Below the pieces are notes generated by a model. It made no database searches, was not told where the DNA came from, and saw only the letters and a program-made list of their open reading frames with translations. DNA of 64,000 nucleotides from assembly GCA_047602405.1 (NCBI GenBank), contig JASGHJ010000002.1, forward strand, positions 2,016,001 through 2,080,000, given 5' to 3'. A program made the position numbers and the translations under genes. Of the stretch, positions 41,539-53,821 are shown piece after piece. How positions within the stretch are numbered: position 1 is the first letter of the stretch; every line of letters begins with the position of its first letter. Origin of the DNA: Anaeromyxobacteraceae bacterium (GTDB taxonomy: Bacteria; Myxococcota; Myxococcia; Myxococcales; Anaeromyxobacteraceae).

Positions 41539-42459
41539 ATGATCCGCTCGACCCGCCCCGCAGGAGCTTCGACCACCATCGAGCGCTACCTCGCCGAGCT
41601 TCACCGGCACCCGCTCCTCACGGCCGAGCAGGAGCAGGAGGCCGCCCGGCGCTTCCGCGACGAGGGCGACACCCGCGCGGCGCACCTGCTCGTCACCTCC
41701 AACCTGCGCTTCGTGGTGAAGGTCGCGCACGAGTACCGCTCGTACGGGTTCCGGCTCGCCGACCTCGTGCAGGAGGGGAACATCGGCCTGATGAAGGCGG
41801 TGCAGAAGTTCGACCCCGAGAAGGGCATCCGCCTCATCTCGTACGCGGTCTGGTGGATCCGCGCGTACATCCAGAACTACATCCTCCGCTCCTGGTCGCT
41901 CGTGAAGCTCGGGACCACGCAGGCCCAGCGGAAGCTGTTCTTCTCGCTCGCCCGCACGCGCCGCGAGCTCGACCGCCTCTCCGCCGGACACGGCGCCGAC
42001 TCCGACGGCCGCGACGACGACAAGGTCGCGAGCCGGCTCCACGTGAAGGCGGCCGAGGTCCGCGAGATGGCGCAGCGGCTCGAGGCCCGCGACCTCTCGC
42101 TGGACGCCCCGCTCGGCGACGACGGCGCGCACACCCACGTCGAGCTCGTGCCGGGGCAGGACCCGGCCCAGGACGACGTGCTCTCCGGCGAGGAGGAGCG
42201 CGCGCTCGTGAACCACCGCGTGGCGACCGCCCTCGCGCGGCTCGACGCCCGCGAGCGGTTCATCATCGAGCACCGCGTGATGGGCGAGCAGGAGATGACG
42301 CTGAAGGACCTCGGCGACCACTTCGGCTTCTCCCGCGAGCGCGCCCGGCAGCTCGAGCTGCGCGCGAAGGAGAAGCTCAGGCGCGAGCTCGGGACGCTGG
42401 CGGAGGAGCTCGACTGGCCGGCCGACGCGAAGCCGGAGGAGATCGGCGAGGTCGCCTAG
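41539..42459 (+). CDS. RNA polymerase sigma-32 (RpoH-family) factor
   Basis: [36 protein letters not shown], RpoH box [17 protein letters not shown]. Confidence 0.93.
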   Translation: MIRSTRPAGASTTIERYLAELHRHPLLTAEQEQEAARRFRDEGDTRAAHLLVTSNLRFVVKVAHEYRSYGFRLADLVQEGNIGLMKAVQKFDPEKGIRLISYAVWWIRAYIQNYILRSWSLVKLGTTQAQRKLFFSLARTRRELDRLSAGHGADSDGRDDDKVASRLHVKAAEVREMAQRLEARDLSLDAPLGDDGAHTHVELVPGQDPAQDDVLSGEEERALVNHRVATALARLDARERFIIEHRVMGEQEMTLKDLGDHFGFSRERARQLELRAKEKLRRELGTLAEELDWPADAKPEEIGEVA

Positions 42460-42472
42460 GGCCGTTTCGTCT

Positions 42473-42494
42473 CGGGGGGCTTCGCCCCCCTCCG
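42473..42494. terminator. Stem-loop between convergent genes
   Basis: GGGGGGC-TTC-GCCCCCC hairpin between the sigma factor and the response regulator. Confidence 0.55.
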
Positions 42495-42503
42495 GCTGCG
42501 CCC

Positions 42504-43882
<1,379 letters not shown>

Positions 43883-43886
<4 letters not shown>

Positions 43887-45385
43887 GCGGCGTTCTCCGC
43901 ACGCGCCGCACGGACCTGCTGGAGCGTGATGGTGAAGATGGTCCCGCCGTCGGGCGGGCAGCGGTAGCCGATGTGCCCGCCGTGCTCCGCCACGATGCGC
44001 GCCGAGATCGCGAGCCCGAGGCCGTTGCCCTCGCGCTTCGTGGTGAAGAACGGCTTGAACACCGAGGCGCGGAGGTCGGGCGGGATGCCCGGGCCGGAGT
44101 CCGCGATCTCGACGGCGACGTTCCCCTCGCCCGGCCGGGTCCGCACGGTGAGGGAGCCGCCGCCCGCCGGGAGCATCGCCTGGCAGGCGTTGAGGCACAC
44201 GTTGAGGAAGACCTGCTCGAGCTGGGAGGGGTCGGCGAGCACCGGCGGCACGCCGGCCCCGAGGTCGGCGTTCACGGTGATGGCGCCGTTCCGCCCCTGC
44301 TGGCGGATCAGGAAGAGCACCTTCTCGAGCGTCGCGTTGACGTCGGTCGAGCGGAGGTGCGCCTTCGGCGGCCGGGCGAAGCTGAGCAGGCTCTCCATCG
44401 TGTGCGTGAGCCGCTCGACCTGGTGGCGCATCTCGCCGATCACCTCGGCGAGCCGCGGGTTCGCGGCGAGGTCCTCGGCGAGCAGCTCGAGCGCGCCGGA
44501 GAGCCCCGCCAGCGGGTTCTTGATCTCGTGGGCGAGGCCGGTCGCGATCTCGCCGACGGCGGCGAAGCGATCGGCGCGGACCATGCGCTCGCGGTAGAAC
44601 GCCTCGAGCTCCGCCTGGCTCCGGCGCAGCGCGGTCAGCATCGCGTCGAAGCCCCGGGCGGCGACCCCGAGCTCGTCCGGCCGGCCCTCGTCCGCGCGCA
44701 CGGTCAGCTCGCCCGCCTCGGCCCGCTTCATGGCCGTGATGAGCCGCTCGAGCGGGGAGACCGCCTCGCGGCCGAAGAGCCAGAGCGTGATGGCGACGAG
44801 GCAGAGGAGCGCCGCCCCCGCCGAGAGCGAGAGCGTCCGCGCGAGCTGGTTCTCGGCGGCGATGATGGGCGCGCGGGTGAAGCGCAGGTCGAGCCAGCCG
44901 TTCACCGGGTTGGCGGTGCCGTGGCAGCGCGCGCAGGAGGCGTCGTTCTTGATCGGCTGCAGGACCGCGTACTCGGCGCTCCGCCCGAGGGGCGCCTGGA
45001 TGGTCATGACCTTCGTGACCGCGCCGAGGTTCTGCCAGGGCACCGTCCCGATGAGCACCGGCGCGGTCGAGACCGAGATGTGGCCGCTCGGCGCGATCAG
45101 GCTGGCGGCGAGGAGGTCGGAGGAGTGCGAGACGAGCGTGTCGAGGAGCGGCGCCACCTCGGCCGGGCGGCCTGCCAGCATGGTGTTCGACACCCCGGTC
45201 GCCACCGAGTCGGTGAAGATCTCCGAGCGCTCGCGGCGCGCCCGCTCGAGGTCCGCCCCGTAGATCTTCACGGCGGACGCGACCATGGCGGCGAGCGTCA
45301 GCGCGAAGAGGAACGCCGTGGGCAGGAACACCCGCGCGCGGATGCTCGAGTCGAGGCGACGGTAGAATCGGGCGAACAGGTTCAT
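43883..45385 (-). CDS. HAMP sensor histidine kinase with a periplasmic c-type heme motif
   Basis: Two TMs flanking NDASCARCHG (CxxCH); HAMP; AHEIKNPL; NVCLNA; DSGPGI; GNGLGL. Confidence 0.92.
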
Positions 45386-45459
45386 CCGGGGGGGAAAGCG
45401 CCCGCACTATCGCAAGTTCGGGGCCCCCGGGGAAGCGAGTCCCGCCCTGGCGCGTGCGG

Positions 45460-46722
45460 CTAGGCCGTGCCCGGCCTGACCCCGCCGCCGAGGTCGAAGA
45501 TGTGCTTCGCCGCGGCGACCAGGGCCTCGCCCGTGCCCCCGTCCCTCGCCGCCTCGCGCAGGCGCGTGGAGGGCCGGTGGAGGAGCTTCGCGACGATCGA
45601 GCCCGCCATGGCGTCCAGGCGGGCCGCGAGCTCGGGGTCCTCTCCCAGGCGGCGGAGCGTCCGCTCGACCTCCTCCTTCGCGATCTGGCTGGCGCGGGAG
45701 CGCATCTCCTGGATGAGCGGCGCGGCGCGGCGCTCGGCCTCCGCGCGGGTCGTCTTCTCGACCTCCTCCGCGATGATCCGCTCGGCGTGCGCCACCGCGG
45801 CGGCGCGCTCGTTCATGGCGGCGCGCATGACGCGGTCGAGGTCGTCGACGTCGCAGAGGTAGACGTGCTCGAGCTTGCCGCTCTCGGCCGGGATGGCGCG
45901 CGGCACGGCGAGGTCGACCATCACGAGGCTGCGGCGGCGCTCCTTCATGAAGGCGGCCATCGCCGCCGGCTGGAACGCGGCGGGGACCACGGGGGCCGCG
46001 GAGACCACGATGTCCGCCGAGCGGAGCTCGTGCTCGAGCGACTCGAGCGGGCGCGCGACGCCGCCCACCTCGGCCGCGAGCGCCTCGCCGTTCGCGAGGG
46101 TGCGGTTCACGACCACGATGCTCGCGCCCTGATCGCGGAGGTGCTGCGCCGAGAGGCGGGCCATCTCGCCCGCGCCGACGACGAGCACGCGCTTCCCCTC
46201 GACGGCGCCGATCACCTTCTCGGCGAGGGCGGCGGCGGCGTGGCCCCAGGAGACGCCGGAGCGGCCGACCGCGGTCTCGGTGCGGACCCGCTTCGCGACG
46301 TTGAGCGCCTTGCCGAGCACGCCCGCGAGCTCCTTGCCGGCCTGCCCGAGCTCGGTGGACTTCTGGAACGCGTCCTTCACCTGGCCGAGGATCTGCGGCT
46401 CGCCGAGGATGGCGGACTCGAGGCTGGAGGCGACGCGCACGAGGTGGCGGAAGGCCTCCTCGCCGACGAGCTCGAAGAGCGGCAGCTCGCGGCCGGCGCG
46501 CTGCTCGAGCGCACGGCGGAGCGAGAGCACGGCCACGGCCGGGCACTGCGAGGCGGCGTAGATCTCGACCCGGTAGCAGGTCGAGACCAGCGCGACCTCG
46601 TCGATCCCGTCGAGCGCGGCCAGGCCCGCCAGCACGCCCTCGTACGCCTCGGGGCGCAGTGCCAGCGCCTCTCGATCGGCGACGGCGGCACCCTTCTGGT
46701 TGAGCCCAATGGCGACGAGCAC
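45460..46722 (-). CDS. hemA: Glutamyl-tRNA reductase
   Basis: GTG start after an [63 protein letters not shown]. Confidence 0.95.
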   Translation of the reverse strand: MLVAIGLNQKGAAVADREALALRPEAYEGVLAGLAALDGIDEVALVSTCYRVEIYAASQCPAVAVLSLRRALEQRAGRELPLFELVGEEAFRHLVRVASSLESAILGEPQILGQVKDAFQKSTELGQAGKELAGVLGKALNVAKRVRTETAVGRSGVSWGHAAAALAEKVIGAVEGKRVLVVGAGEMARLSAQHLRDQGASIVVVNRTLANGEALAAEVGGVARPLESLEHELRSADIVVSAAPVVPAAFQPAAMAAFMKERRRSLVMVDLAVPRAIPAESGKLEHVYLCDVDDLDRVMRAAMNERAAAVAHAERIIAEEVEKTTRAEAERRAAPLIQEMRSRASQIAKEEVERTLRRLGEDPELAARLDAMAGSIVAKLLHRPSTRLREAARDGGTGEALVAAAKHIFDLGGGVRPGTA

Positions 46723-46759
46723 GGGGGGAGCTCCTTCGGTCCGGGGATGCCCCCGCATG

Positions 46760-46775
46760 AGCAATCGGCGTGCCC
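46760..46775 (-). promoter_or_regulatory. Sigma-54 (-24/-12) promoter upstream of hemA
   Basis: Minus strand GGGCACGCCGATTGCT = GG-N10-GC. Confidence 0.75.
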
Positions 46776-47092
46776 CTCGGTCGGACGAGGGATTTCCGGG
46801 GGTTTGGCCGGGGAGGACGCGAAAGCTTTGCGGGAGGTGCCCCGGACGAGCGGGGTCCGCGAAAGTGATGCACGGTGGGTCCACCTGCGGCGGTTGGTCA
46901 CAGGGTTTTCCCGTAACCTCATGTACTTGGAAGGTTTCGTGGGTACGCGGCGATTCACCGCAAGCGAACTCGAGGTCGCTTCCGGGTTGACCGACTCGGG
47001 TGTTTGCCCGATGCCCGACCCGGGGATGTTTCCTCACCGGGACGGGTACCGAGGGGGTACCGCGCGAGCCGCTCCTCGGCGAGACTGCCGCC

Positions 47093-47383
47093 ATGGCGAA
47101 CAAGTTCAACGGCGGCGCGAAGGTCGACGGCGGCTACTACTGGAACCCGAAGAACTGGGAGGTCGAGATCGTCCCCGACGGCGGCGGCACGCTCGCCGCG
47201 CCGGCGGACGTGAGCTACCTCAAGATCCCGCTCCTCGTCGCGATCCCGGCCAGCGTCACCCTCGGCGCGTCGTTCATGATGGCGCTCCCGATGATCGGGT
47301 TCATCGTCTTCGTGTCCGGGCTCTTCCAGCGGCTGTCCGGGAAGTCGGCGGTGACGACGCCGGGCGCGGGCGCGAAGCACTAG
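47093..47383 (+). CDS. Small membrane-anchored hypothetical protein (96 aa)
   Basis: [22 protein letters not shown] followed by a hydrophobic C-terminal half; typical GC3-rich codon usage. Confidence 0.75.
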   Translation: MANKFNGGAKVDGGYYWNPKNWEVEIVPDGGGTLAAPADVSYLKIPLLVAIPASVTLGASFMMALPMIGFIVFVSGLFQRLSGKSAVTTPGAGAKH

Positions 47384-47404
47384 CCATCTGCATCAGGGCG
47401 CCTC

Positions 47405-49051
47405 TCAGGGCGCCGGAGTCACGCCGCCGGGCAGCTGCCGCAGCACCTCGTAGGCCCGCGCGGCGCCCTCCATGTTGCCGTGCCGCGCCCGGAACGCGAC
47501 GAGGGTCCGCCAAGCGTTCGGATCCTGCGGCGCGAGGCGCGCGAACTGCTCGAGCGCCGCGTCGGCCTCGTCGAGGCGCCCGAGGTCCTCCGCCGCGAGC
47601 GCGAGGTTGCGCCAGGCGGAGCGCTTTCCGGGCTCGACCGCGAGCGCCTGCTGGAAGGCCGCGTAGGCCTCGTCGGACCGGCCCAGCTCCCGGGCGTTCA
47701 CCCCGAGGTTGTTCCAGTGCTTCGCCTCGGCCGGCTCGAGGGCCGCCGCCTGGCGCAGCGCGACGATGGCGTCCTCGCGCTGACCGCCGGCCCGGTAGCC
47801 CTCGGCGAGTGCCTCGAGGGCGATGGCGTTCGCCGGGTCGACCTCGAGCGCGGCGCGGAAGAGCGCCTCGTTCGAGCGCCAGTCGCCGACCCGGGCCCAT
47901 GCGACGCCCGCGTAGGCGAGCACGGCCACCGCGCCCACCACCCCGAGCACCTGCGACGCGCGCGGTGTCCGGACGAGGGCGTGGAGCCCCCAGACCACCG
48001 CGATGAAGAGGCCCACGCCGGGCAGGTAGGTGTAGCGCTCGCCGATCACCTGCGAGCCAACCTGCACGAGGCCGATCACCGGCACGAGCGTCCCGAGGAA
48101 CCAGGCGATCCCGACCGCGACCGCCGGCGTCCGCCGCGCCAGCCAGGCGACGGCGGCGAGGCCCGTGAGCACGGCGACGCCGAGGGCGACCTCCCACGCA
48201 GGCAGGGCGACCGGGTGGCGGTGGAAGATCGAGAGCCCGGACGGCCAGGCGTGGAGGAGCACGTAGCGCCCGTACCCCACGACCGCGGTCGCGACGCGGG
48301 CTCCGAGCGTGAACGACGCCTCCGCGACGGTGCCGCCCGCGAGCTGCGCCCGCATCGTCATCACGCTCGAGCCGACGGAGAGCGCGAGGAGCGGCAGCTT
48401 CTCGAGCGCGAGCGTCCGGAGCGGGGTCGTGTCGGTGCGGCGGAGTGGCCAGAGATCGAGGAGCAGGAGCAGGAAGGGCAGCGTGACCCACATCGGCTTC
48501 GCGAGGAGGCTCGCGGCCATGAGCGCGGCCACCGCCGCCAGCCGCCCCATCGACGGCCGCGCCGCGTGGCGCAGGTAGGCGAGCAGCGCGAGGAGCCCGA
48601 ACGCGGTCGAGAGCACGTCCTTTCGCTCCGCGACCCAGGCCACCGACTCGACGTGGAGCGGGTGCACCGCGAAGAGCGCCGCCACGAGCGCGCTCCGTCC
48701 GCGCGCGCCGGTCGCGCGGTCGAGGAAGCGGAACAGGAGGACGGTGCAGGCCGCGTGCAGGAGCGCGTTGACCGCGTGCGGGCCGGCCGCACCCGGCCCG
48801 AAGAGCGAGGCGTCCAGCATGTGCGACAGCCAGCTCAGCGGGTGCCAGTTGCTCGCATGGAAGGTCGTGAAGGCCCAGCGCACGCCCTCCCAGGTCAGGC
48901 CCGCCTGGACGGTCGAGTTCTCGAAGACGTAGCGGTTGTCGTCGAGGTGGATGTAGGGGTGCCCCAGCGTGCGCGCGTAGAGCGCGAGGGCGACCGCGGC
49001 GAGCCCCGCGGAGATCGCGGCGGCGGAGGGCTTCCTGGGTGTCGGATCCAT
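47405..49051 (-). CDS. TMTC-like GT-C membrane glycosyltransferase with C-terminal TPRs
   Basis: HLDDNRYV (DD loop after TM1), NWHPLSWLSH, FAVHPLHVESVAWVAERKD, GERYTYLP, WRSNEALF, TPRs. Confidence 0.82.
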   Translation of the reverse strand: MDPTPRKPSAAAISAGLAAVALALYARTLGHPYIHLDDNRYVFENSTVQAGLTWEGVRWAFTTFHASNWHPLSWLSHMLDASLFGPGAAGPHAVNALLHAACTVLLFRFLDRATGARGRSALVAALFAVHPLHVESVAWVAERKDVLSTAFGLLALLAYLRHAARPSMGRLAAVAALMAASLLAKPMWVTLPFLLLLLDLWPLRRTDTTPLRTLALEKLPLLALSVGSSVMTMRAQLAGGTVAEASFTLGARVATAVVGYGRYVLLHAWPSGLSIFHRHPVALPAWEVALGVAVLTGLAAVAWLARRTPAVAVGIAWFLGTLVPVIGLVQVGSQVIGERYTYLPGVGLFIAVVWGLHALVRTPRASQVLGVVGAVAVLAYAGVAWARVGDWRSNEALFRAALEVDPANAIALEALAEGYRAGGQREDAIVALRQAAALEPAEAKHWNNLGVNARELGRSDEAYAAFQQALAVEPGKRSAWRNLALAAEDLGRLDEADAALEQFARLAPQDPNAWRTLVAFRARHGNMEGAARAYEVLRQLPGGVTPAP

Positions 49052-49115
49052 CGGCGGGCCGCAGGTTAGCGCGGAACCGGCGGGCGGACGACCCGTGCTA
49101 GGCTCGGCCGCACGG

Positions 49116-50996
49116 ATGGAGGGACCCGGAGACAAGCGCCGTGCCGCGCCCTGGGCCGCGGCCGTGGCGCTCGCAGCGGCCGTGCCCTTCCTGGGCACCC
49201 TCGGCCACGGCTTCGCGCTCGACGACGCCGTGGAGGTCGTCCGGAACGACCAGCTCCGCTCGCTCGGGAACCTCCCGCGGATGTTCACGACGGGGGCCTG
49301 GGCCGGCGCCGGCGAGGCGAACCCGCTCTACCGGCCGCTGACCACGTTCTCGTACGCGCTCGACTTCGCCCTCGGTGGCCTCACGCCGGTCGGCTACCAC
49401 GTCACGAACGTGCTCCTGCACGTCGCGGTCTCGCTGCTCGTGCTCGCGCTCGCGCGGCGGCTCGGGTTCGGGCCCATCGCCTCGGCGGCCGGTGCGGTGC
49501 TCTTCGCCGTGCACCCGGTGCACGTCGAGGCGGTCGCGAACGTCGCGGGGCGGAAGGACGTGCTCGCGACCGGGTTCACGATCCTGACCGTGCTCGCGCA
49601 CGCGCGGGCGGTGCAGGCGGCGCGGCCGTGGCCCGCGCTCGTGTGGCCGCCGCTCGCGTTGCTCGCCGCGCTGCTCGCGAAGGAGTCCGGCGCCGCCGCC
49701 ATCCCGCTCGCGCTCGGGTTCACGCTCGTCGTCGAGCCGGAGCCCTGGCGCGCCGCTCGCCGGCGGGTGGTCGGGCTGGGCGTCGCGTACCTCGGGGTGT
49801 TCGCGCTGTACCTGGGCCTCCGCTGGAACGCGCTCGGGACGCTCTCCCTGCCACTCTCCTCGATCCCCTGGGTGGAGAACCCGCTCGCGTACGCCGACCC
49901 GCTCGTCCGCGTGCTCACGGCGGTGGTGGTCCTCGGCCACGGCCTCGGCGTGCTCGTGTTCCCGCGCACGCTCGGGCCGGACTGGTCGTACGAGGCGATC
50001 CCGCTCGCGCGCGGCGTGACCGACCCGCGGTTCGTGCTCGCGCTCGTCGCCATCGTCGCGGTGCTCGCAGCGGGGTGGCTGGTGCGGCGGGCCCGCCCTC
50101 CCCTCGCCTACCTCGTGCTCTGGTACGCGGCGGGCGTGTTCCTGACCTCGAACCTCGTCCTCAAGGTCGGCACCGTCTTCGGCGAGCGGCTCCTCTACCT
50201 CTCGAGCGTCGCCTTCTGCCTGGGCGCGGTGATGGTCGTGAAGCTCGCGGCCGAGCGCGTCGAGCCGGGCGGCATCCGGGTGGGCGTGGGGCGGCTCGTG
50301 CCGGTCGTGGGCTCGATCCTGCTCGTGGTGCTCGCCGCGCGTGCCTGGGCGTACGCGGGGAAGTGGCGGGACGAGGTGACGCTCTTCGAGACCGCGGTGC
50401 GGGCCGCCCCCGGCTCGGCGAAGGCGCGGCTGCTCCTCGGCGCCGCGTACATGGAGGAGGAGCGCACGGCGGAGGGCGTGGCAGCGCTCGAGGCCGGCGT
50501 GGCCCGGCTCGCGGCCGCGCCCTTCGACGCGGGTCCGCGGATCCAGCTCGGCGTCGCGTACGAGCGGGCCGGGCGCACCTCGGACGCCGGGAAGCTCTAC
50601 GAGGAGCTCCTCGCCGGCCACCCCGACCTCCCCGACGCGCTCTGGAGGCTCGGCGTGGTGCGCTGGCAGCAGGGCCGGCGCGACATCTCGGAGGCGCTCT
50701 GGCGAAAGGCGCTCGAGGTCGACCCCATGCACGCCCGCGCGATGACCGATCTCGGCCTGCTCCTGCAGGCTCGAGGGGATCTCGGGGGCGCGGAGGCGCT
50801 CTGGCTGCGCGCCGCGCAGGCGGACCCGCTCGCGGCGGGCCCCTGGCTGCAGCTCGGCAGCGCGCGGCTCTCCCGCGGGGACGTCCCGGGCGCGCGCGCA
50901 GCGTGGGGCCGGTTCCTCGAGCTCGCGCGCTACGGGGTGTACCCCGGGCAGCGCGAGGTCGTGGAGGCGAAGCTGAAGGAGCTGCAGGGGCGCTAG
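49116..50996 (+). CDS. TMTC-like GT-C membrane glycosyltransferase (DUF1736-like region) with TPRs
   Basis: FALDD, YRPLT, FAVHPVHVEAVANVAGR, AKESG, ENPLAY, LGPDWSYEAIP, FGERLLYL, WRDEVTLF, TPRs. Confidence 0.85.
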   Translation: MEGPGDKRRAAPWAAAVALAAAVPFLGTLGHGFALDDAVEVVRNDQLRSLGNLPRMFTTGAWAGAGEANPLYRPLTTFSYALDFALGGLTPVGYHVTNVLLHVAVSLLVLALARRLGFGPIASAAGAVLFAVHPVHVEAVANVAGRKDVLATGFTILTVLAHARAVQAARPWPALVWPPLALLAALLAKESGAAAIPLALGFTLVVEPEPWRAARRRVVGLGVAYLGVFALYLGLRWNALGTLSLPLSSIPWVENPLAYADPLVRVLTAVVVLGHGLGVLVFPRTLGPDWSYEAIPLARGVTDPRFVLALVAIVAVLAAGWLVRRARPPLAYLVLWYAAGVFLTSNLVLKVGTVFGERLLYLSSVAFCLGAVMVVKLAAERVEPGGIRVGVGRLVPVVGSILLVVLAARAWAYAGKWRDEVTLFETAVRAAPGSAKARLLLGAAYMEEERTAEGVAALEAGVARLAAAPFDAGPRIQLGVAYERAGRTSDAGKLYEELLAGHPDLPDALWRLGVVRWQQGRRDISEALWRKALEVDPMHARAMTDLGLLLQARGDLGGAEALWLRAAQADPLAAGPWLQLGSARLSRGDVPGARAAWGRFLELARYGVYPGQREVVEAKLKELQGR

Positions 50997-51002
50997 GCGC
51001 GC

Positions 51003-51896
51003 TCAGCCCCGCCGCGAGAACTCGGCGTGGAACGCGTCGAGCTGTGCGGCGAGGTCGAGGGGCTTCGCCCGGAGCAACGCCGCCGCCTTCTCGACGACGA
51101 GCCCGCCCTTGAGCGGCCGCGGCGCGGGGAGCTTCACGTCGGCGGTCCTCACCGGGATGATCTCGCCCGTTAGGCCGAACCGCGCGGCGACCCGCTTCGC
51201 GAACTCCACCCGGTCGACGACGGTGGAGCCGCAGGTGTGGAGGACGCCCTTGAAGTCGTGCTCGAGGAGGAGCTCGCAGGTCATCTCGGCGCCGTTGCGC
51301 GCGAGCGTCGTGGAGACGTGCTGGTCGAAGAACGCCTTCACCGGCTCGCCCTTCCGGAGCTTCTCGACGATCTGGGTCGCGAACGTGGACTTCGCGCCGG
51401 GGCGGCCGGAGTACACGACCGCCACGCGGGCCACCGCGCAGTCCGGCGCGAGCACGAGGGCCGCCTCCTCGCCCGCGCGCTTCGAGCGTGCGTAGGCGCC
51501 GCGCGGGTTCGGGACGTCCTCCTCGCGGTAAGGGCCCCGCTCCCCGTCGAACACGTAGTCGGTCGAGATCGCGACGAGGCGCGCGCCGAGCTTGCGGCAC
51601 GCGCGGGCGACCTGCTCCGTGCCGCCGACGTTCACGGCCCACGCGGTCACGGGGTCGCGCTCGCAGCCGTCCACGTCGGTGGCCGCGCCCGCGTGGAGCA
51701 CGGCCTGGGCGCCGAAGGCGAGGAGCGCGGCCTCCAGGCCGCGCCCGTCGCCGAGGTCGGCGTCGGCGTAGCGGTGCGCGCCGGGCGGGAGGCGGTCCGG
51801 GCCCCGGCCGACGGCCAGGACCTCGTGCTTCGCCTCGAGGAGCGCCACGGCCTCGCCGCCGAGGAGCCCGTTCGCGCCGGTGATCGCGACCTTCAT
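51003..51896 (-). CDS. rfbD: dTDP-4-dehydrorhamnose reductase family SDR
   Basis: ITGANGLLG, AATDVDGCE, ISTDYVFDG, PYREED, YARSK. Confidence 0.85.
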   Translation of the reverse strand: MKVAITGANGLLGGEAVALLEAKHEVLAVGRGPDRLPPGAHRYADADLGDGRGLEAALLAFGAQAVLHAGAATDVDGCERDPVTAWAVNVGGTEQVARACRKLGARLVAISTDYVFDGERGPYREEDVPNPRGAYARSKRAGEEAALVLAPDCAVARVAVVYSGRPGAKSTFATQIVEKLRKGEPVKAFFDQHVSTTLARNGAEMTCELLLEHDFKGVLHTCGSTVVDRVEFAKRVAARFGLTGEIIPVRTADVKLPAPRPLKGGLVVEKAAALLRAKPLDLAAQLDAFHAEFSRRG

Positions 51897-51930
51897 GCGT
51901 CCGGCTTGTAGCCGCGCGGGCGGCCCCGGG

Positions 51931-53763
51931 TCAACGAGGGGCGAGCTGCCCCGCGGCCGCGGCCTGGGCCTGCGACAGCCGGCGCAGGATGTCGGGATCG
52001 CCCGGCCGGGCGGCGGCTGCGCGGGAGAAGGCGTCGACCGCCTGCGGCCACGCGCCCGCACGGGAATAGAAGATGCCCGCGTTGCGCTGCACGTTCGCGT
52101 CGGCCGGGGCGACCCGCTGGGCCTCTGCGAAGGCCTGCCACGCCTCCTCGAGCTGGCCCAGCATCGCGAGCTGGATCGCGAGCTCCGCGCGCGCGGTGCC
52201 GTTCGCGGGGTCCGCCGCGACCGCGTCCCGGAACACCTGCAGCGCCTCGGGCGCCCTGCCCGCCTTCCGGAGGAAGTCGGCGTACCCGAAGCGCGCGGCC
52301 ATGAAGCGCGGGCCCGACTCGATGGAGCTCCGGAAGGCGTGCTCGGCGGTGTCGCGGTCGCCCACCTCGCTCGCGATCACCGCGAGGTTGAGGAGATCCC
52401 GCGGGCTGCCGGGGAGGATGCGGTTCGCCTCGAGGATGTGCTCGTAGGCGCCCTGCAGGTCCTTGCGGTCGCGCAGGCGCAGCGCGAGCACGCCGTGGGC
52501 GCGGGCGTTCGGTCCGGTGACGGCGAGGGTGTGCTCGAAGAGGGTCACCTCGTCGCGCCACAGGCCGACCTGCTGGAAGCTCAGGATCCCGAGCACGGCG
52601 ACCACGACCACCGCACCCGCTGCCAGCGCGCGGCGGGCCGCGAGCGACGCGGGGGCGGGGACACTCCAGACGAGCGCTACGAGGAGCCCGACGGCCGGGA
52701 AGTAGGTGTACCGGTCCGCGATGGAGGCCGCGCCGAGCTGGATGAGCCCGCTCACCGGCACGAGCGTGCCCGCGAACCAGCACCAGCCGACCGTCACCCA
52801 GGGGAGCCGGCCGGCGACGGCCAGCGCACCCACGGTCGCCGCGAGCACGAGGAAGGCCGCCCCCGCGACCTGCCAGGCCGCCCAGCCGCCGACCGGCAAG
52901 GGATAGAAGAACGCGAGGTCCACGGGCCAGGCCACGAGGCCCGCGTAGCGGACGATCCCCACGACCGCGTTCGCCGCCCGCTCGCCGAGGGGGACCTCGG
53001 AGACTGCCCCCCAGCGCGACTGGGCTACGGAGGCGAGGACGGAGGCAACGAGCGCGAGCGCGAGGAGCGGCAGCTTCTCCCGCCACAGCGGCCAGGATCT
53101 GCGCGAGGCGAGCCCCGCGAGCGTGCTGCGCCCGAGCGGCCAGACGTCGAGCAGCAGCAACACGAACGGCAGCGTCACGAGCATCGCCTTCGAGGCGAGG
53201 CTCGCCGCGAAGGCGAGCGCGACGAAGGCCCAGCCGCGCGGCGACGGCCGCCGCGCGTACGAGGCGTAGGCCAGGAGCGCGAGGAGTCCGAAGAAGATCG
53301 AGAGGACGTCCTTCCGCTCCGCGACCCAGGCGACCGACTCCACGCGCGTGGGATGCACCGCGAACACCGCCGCGACGAGGGCGCTCCGCCAGAACGCCCC
53401 GGTGAGCCGCTCGAGGACGAGCAGCACCAGCACGGCGTTCGCGGCGTGGAGGGCGACGTTCACGAGGTGGAAGGCGCCCGGCGAGGCCCCGAAGAGCGAC
53501 GCGTCCAGCATGAGCGACAGCCACGTCAAGGGATGCCAGTTCGCGAAGTGCAGCGTCGTGAACGCCCAGGCGACGTTGTCGAGGCTCAGGCCGCGCAGCA
53601 CCCGCGCGTTCGAGGCGACGTACTCGGGATCGTCGTAGCCGGTGAAGGGGTGGCCGGCCACGCGGGCATAGACGGCGACGACCGCGAGGACGAGGCCGGC
53701 GGCGACGGCGAAGCGCGCCGCGCTCGGCGGCTGGGACCGGGGCTCGGTAGGGTCGGTGCTCAC
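51931..53763 (-). CDS. TMTC-like GT-C membrane glycosyltransferase with TPRs (paralog of 47405-49051)
   Basis: GYDDPEYV, NWHPLTWLS, FAVHPTRVESVAWVAERKD, ADRYTYFP, WRDEVTLF, TPRs; start codon uncertain. Confidence 0.82.
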   Translation of the reverse strand: MSTDPTEPRSQPPSAARFAVAAGLVLAVVAVYARVAGHPFTGYDDPEYVASNARVLRGLSLDNVAWAFTTLHFANWHPLTWLSLMLDASLFGASPGAFHLVNVALHAANAVLVLLVLERLTGAFWRSALVAAVFAVHPTRVESVAWVAERKDVLSIFFGLLALLAYASYARRPSPRGWAFVALAFAASLASKAMLVTLPFVLLLLDVWPLGRSTLAGLASRRSWPLWREKLPLLALALVASVLASVAQSRWGAVSEVPLGERAANAVVGIVRYAGLVAWPVDLAFFYPLPVGGWAAWQVAGAAFLVLAATVGALAVAGRLPWVTVGWCWFAGTLVPVSGLIQLGAASIADRYTYFPAVGLLVALVWSVPAPASLAARRALAAGAVVVVAVLGILSFQQVGLWRDEVTLFEHTLAVTGPNARAHGVLALRLRDRKDLQGAYEHILEANRILPGSPRDLLNLAVIASEVGDRDTAEHAFRSSIESGPRFMAARFGYADFLRKAGRAPEALQVFRDAVAADPANGTARAELAIQLAMLGQLEEAWQAFAEAQRVAPADANVQRNAGIFYSRAGAWPQAVDAFSRAAAARPGDPDILRRLSQAQAAAAGQLAPR

Positions 53764-53821
53764 GGGGGGCGGAGTATACCGTCGGCCGGTCCCGCGCCGG
53801 GCGGCATGGTATGGAGGCGGC

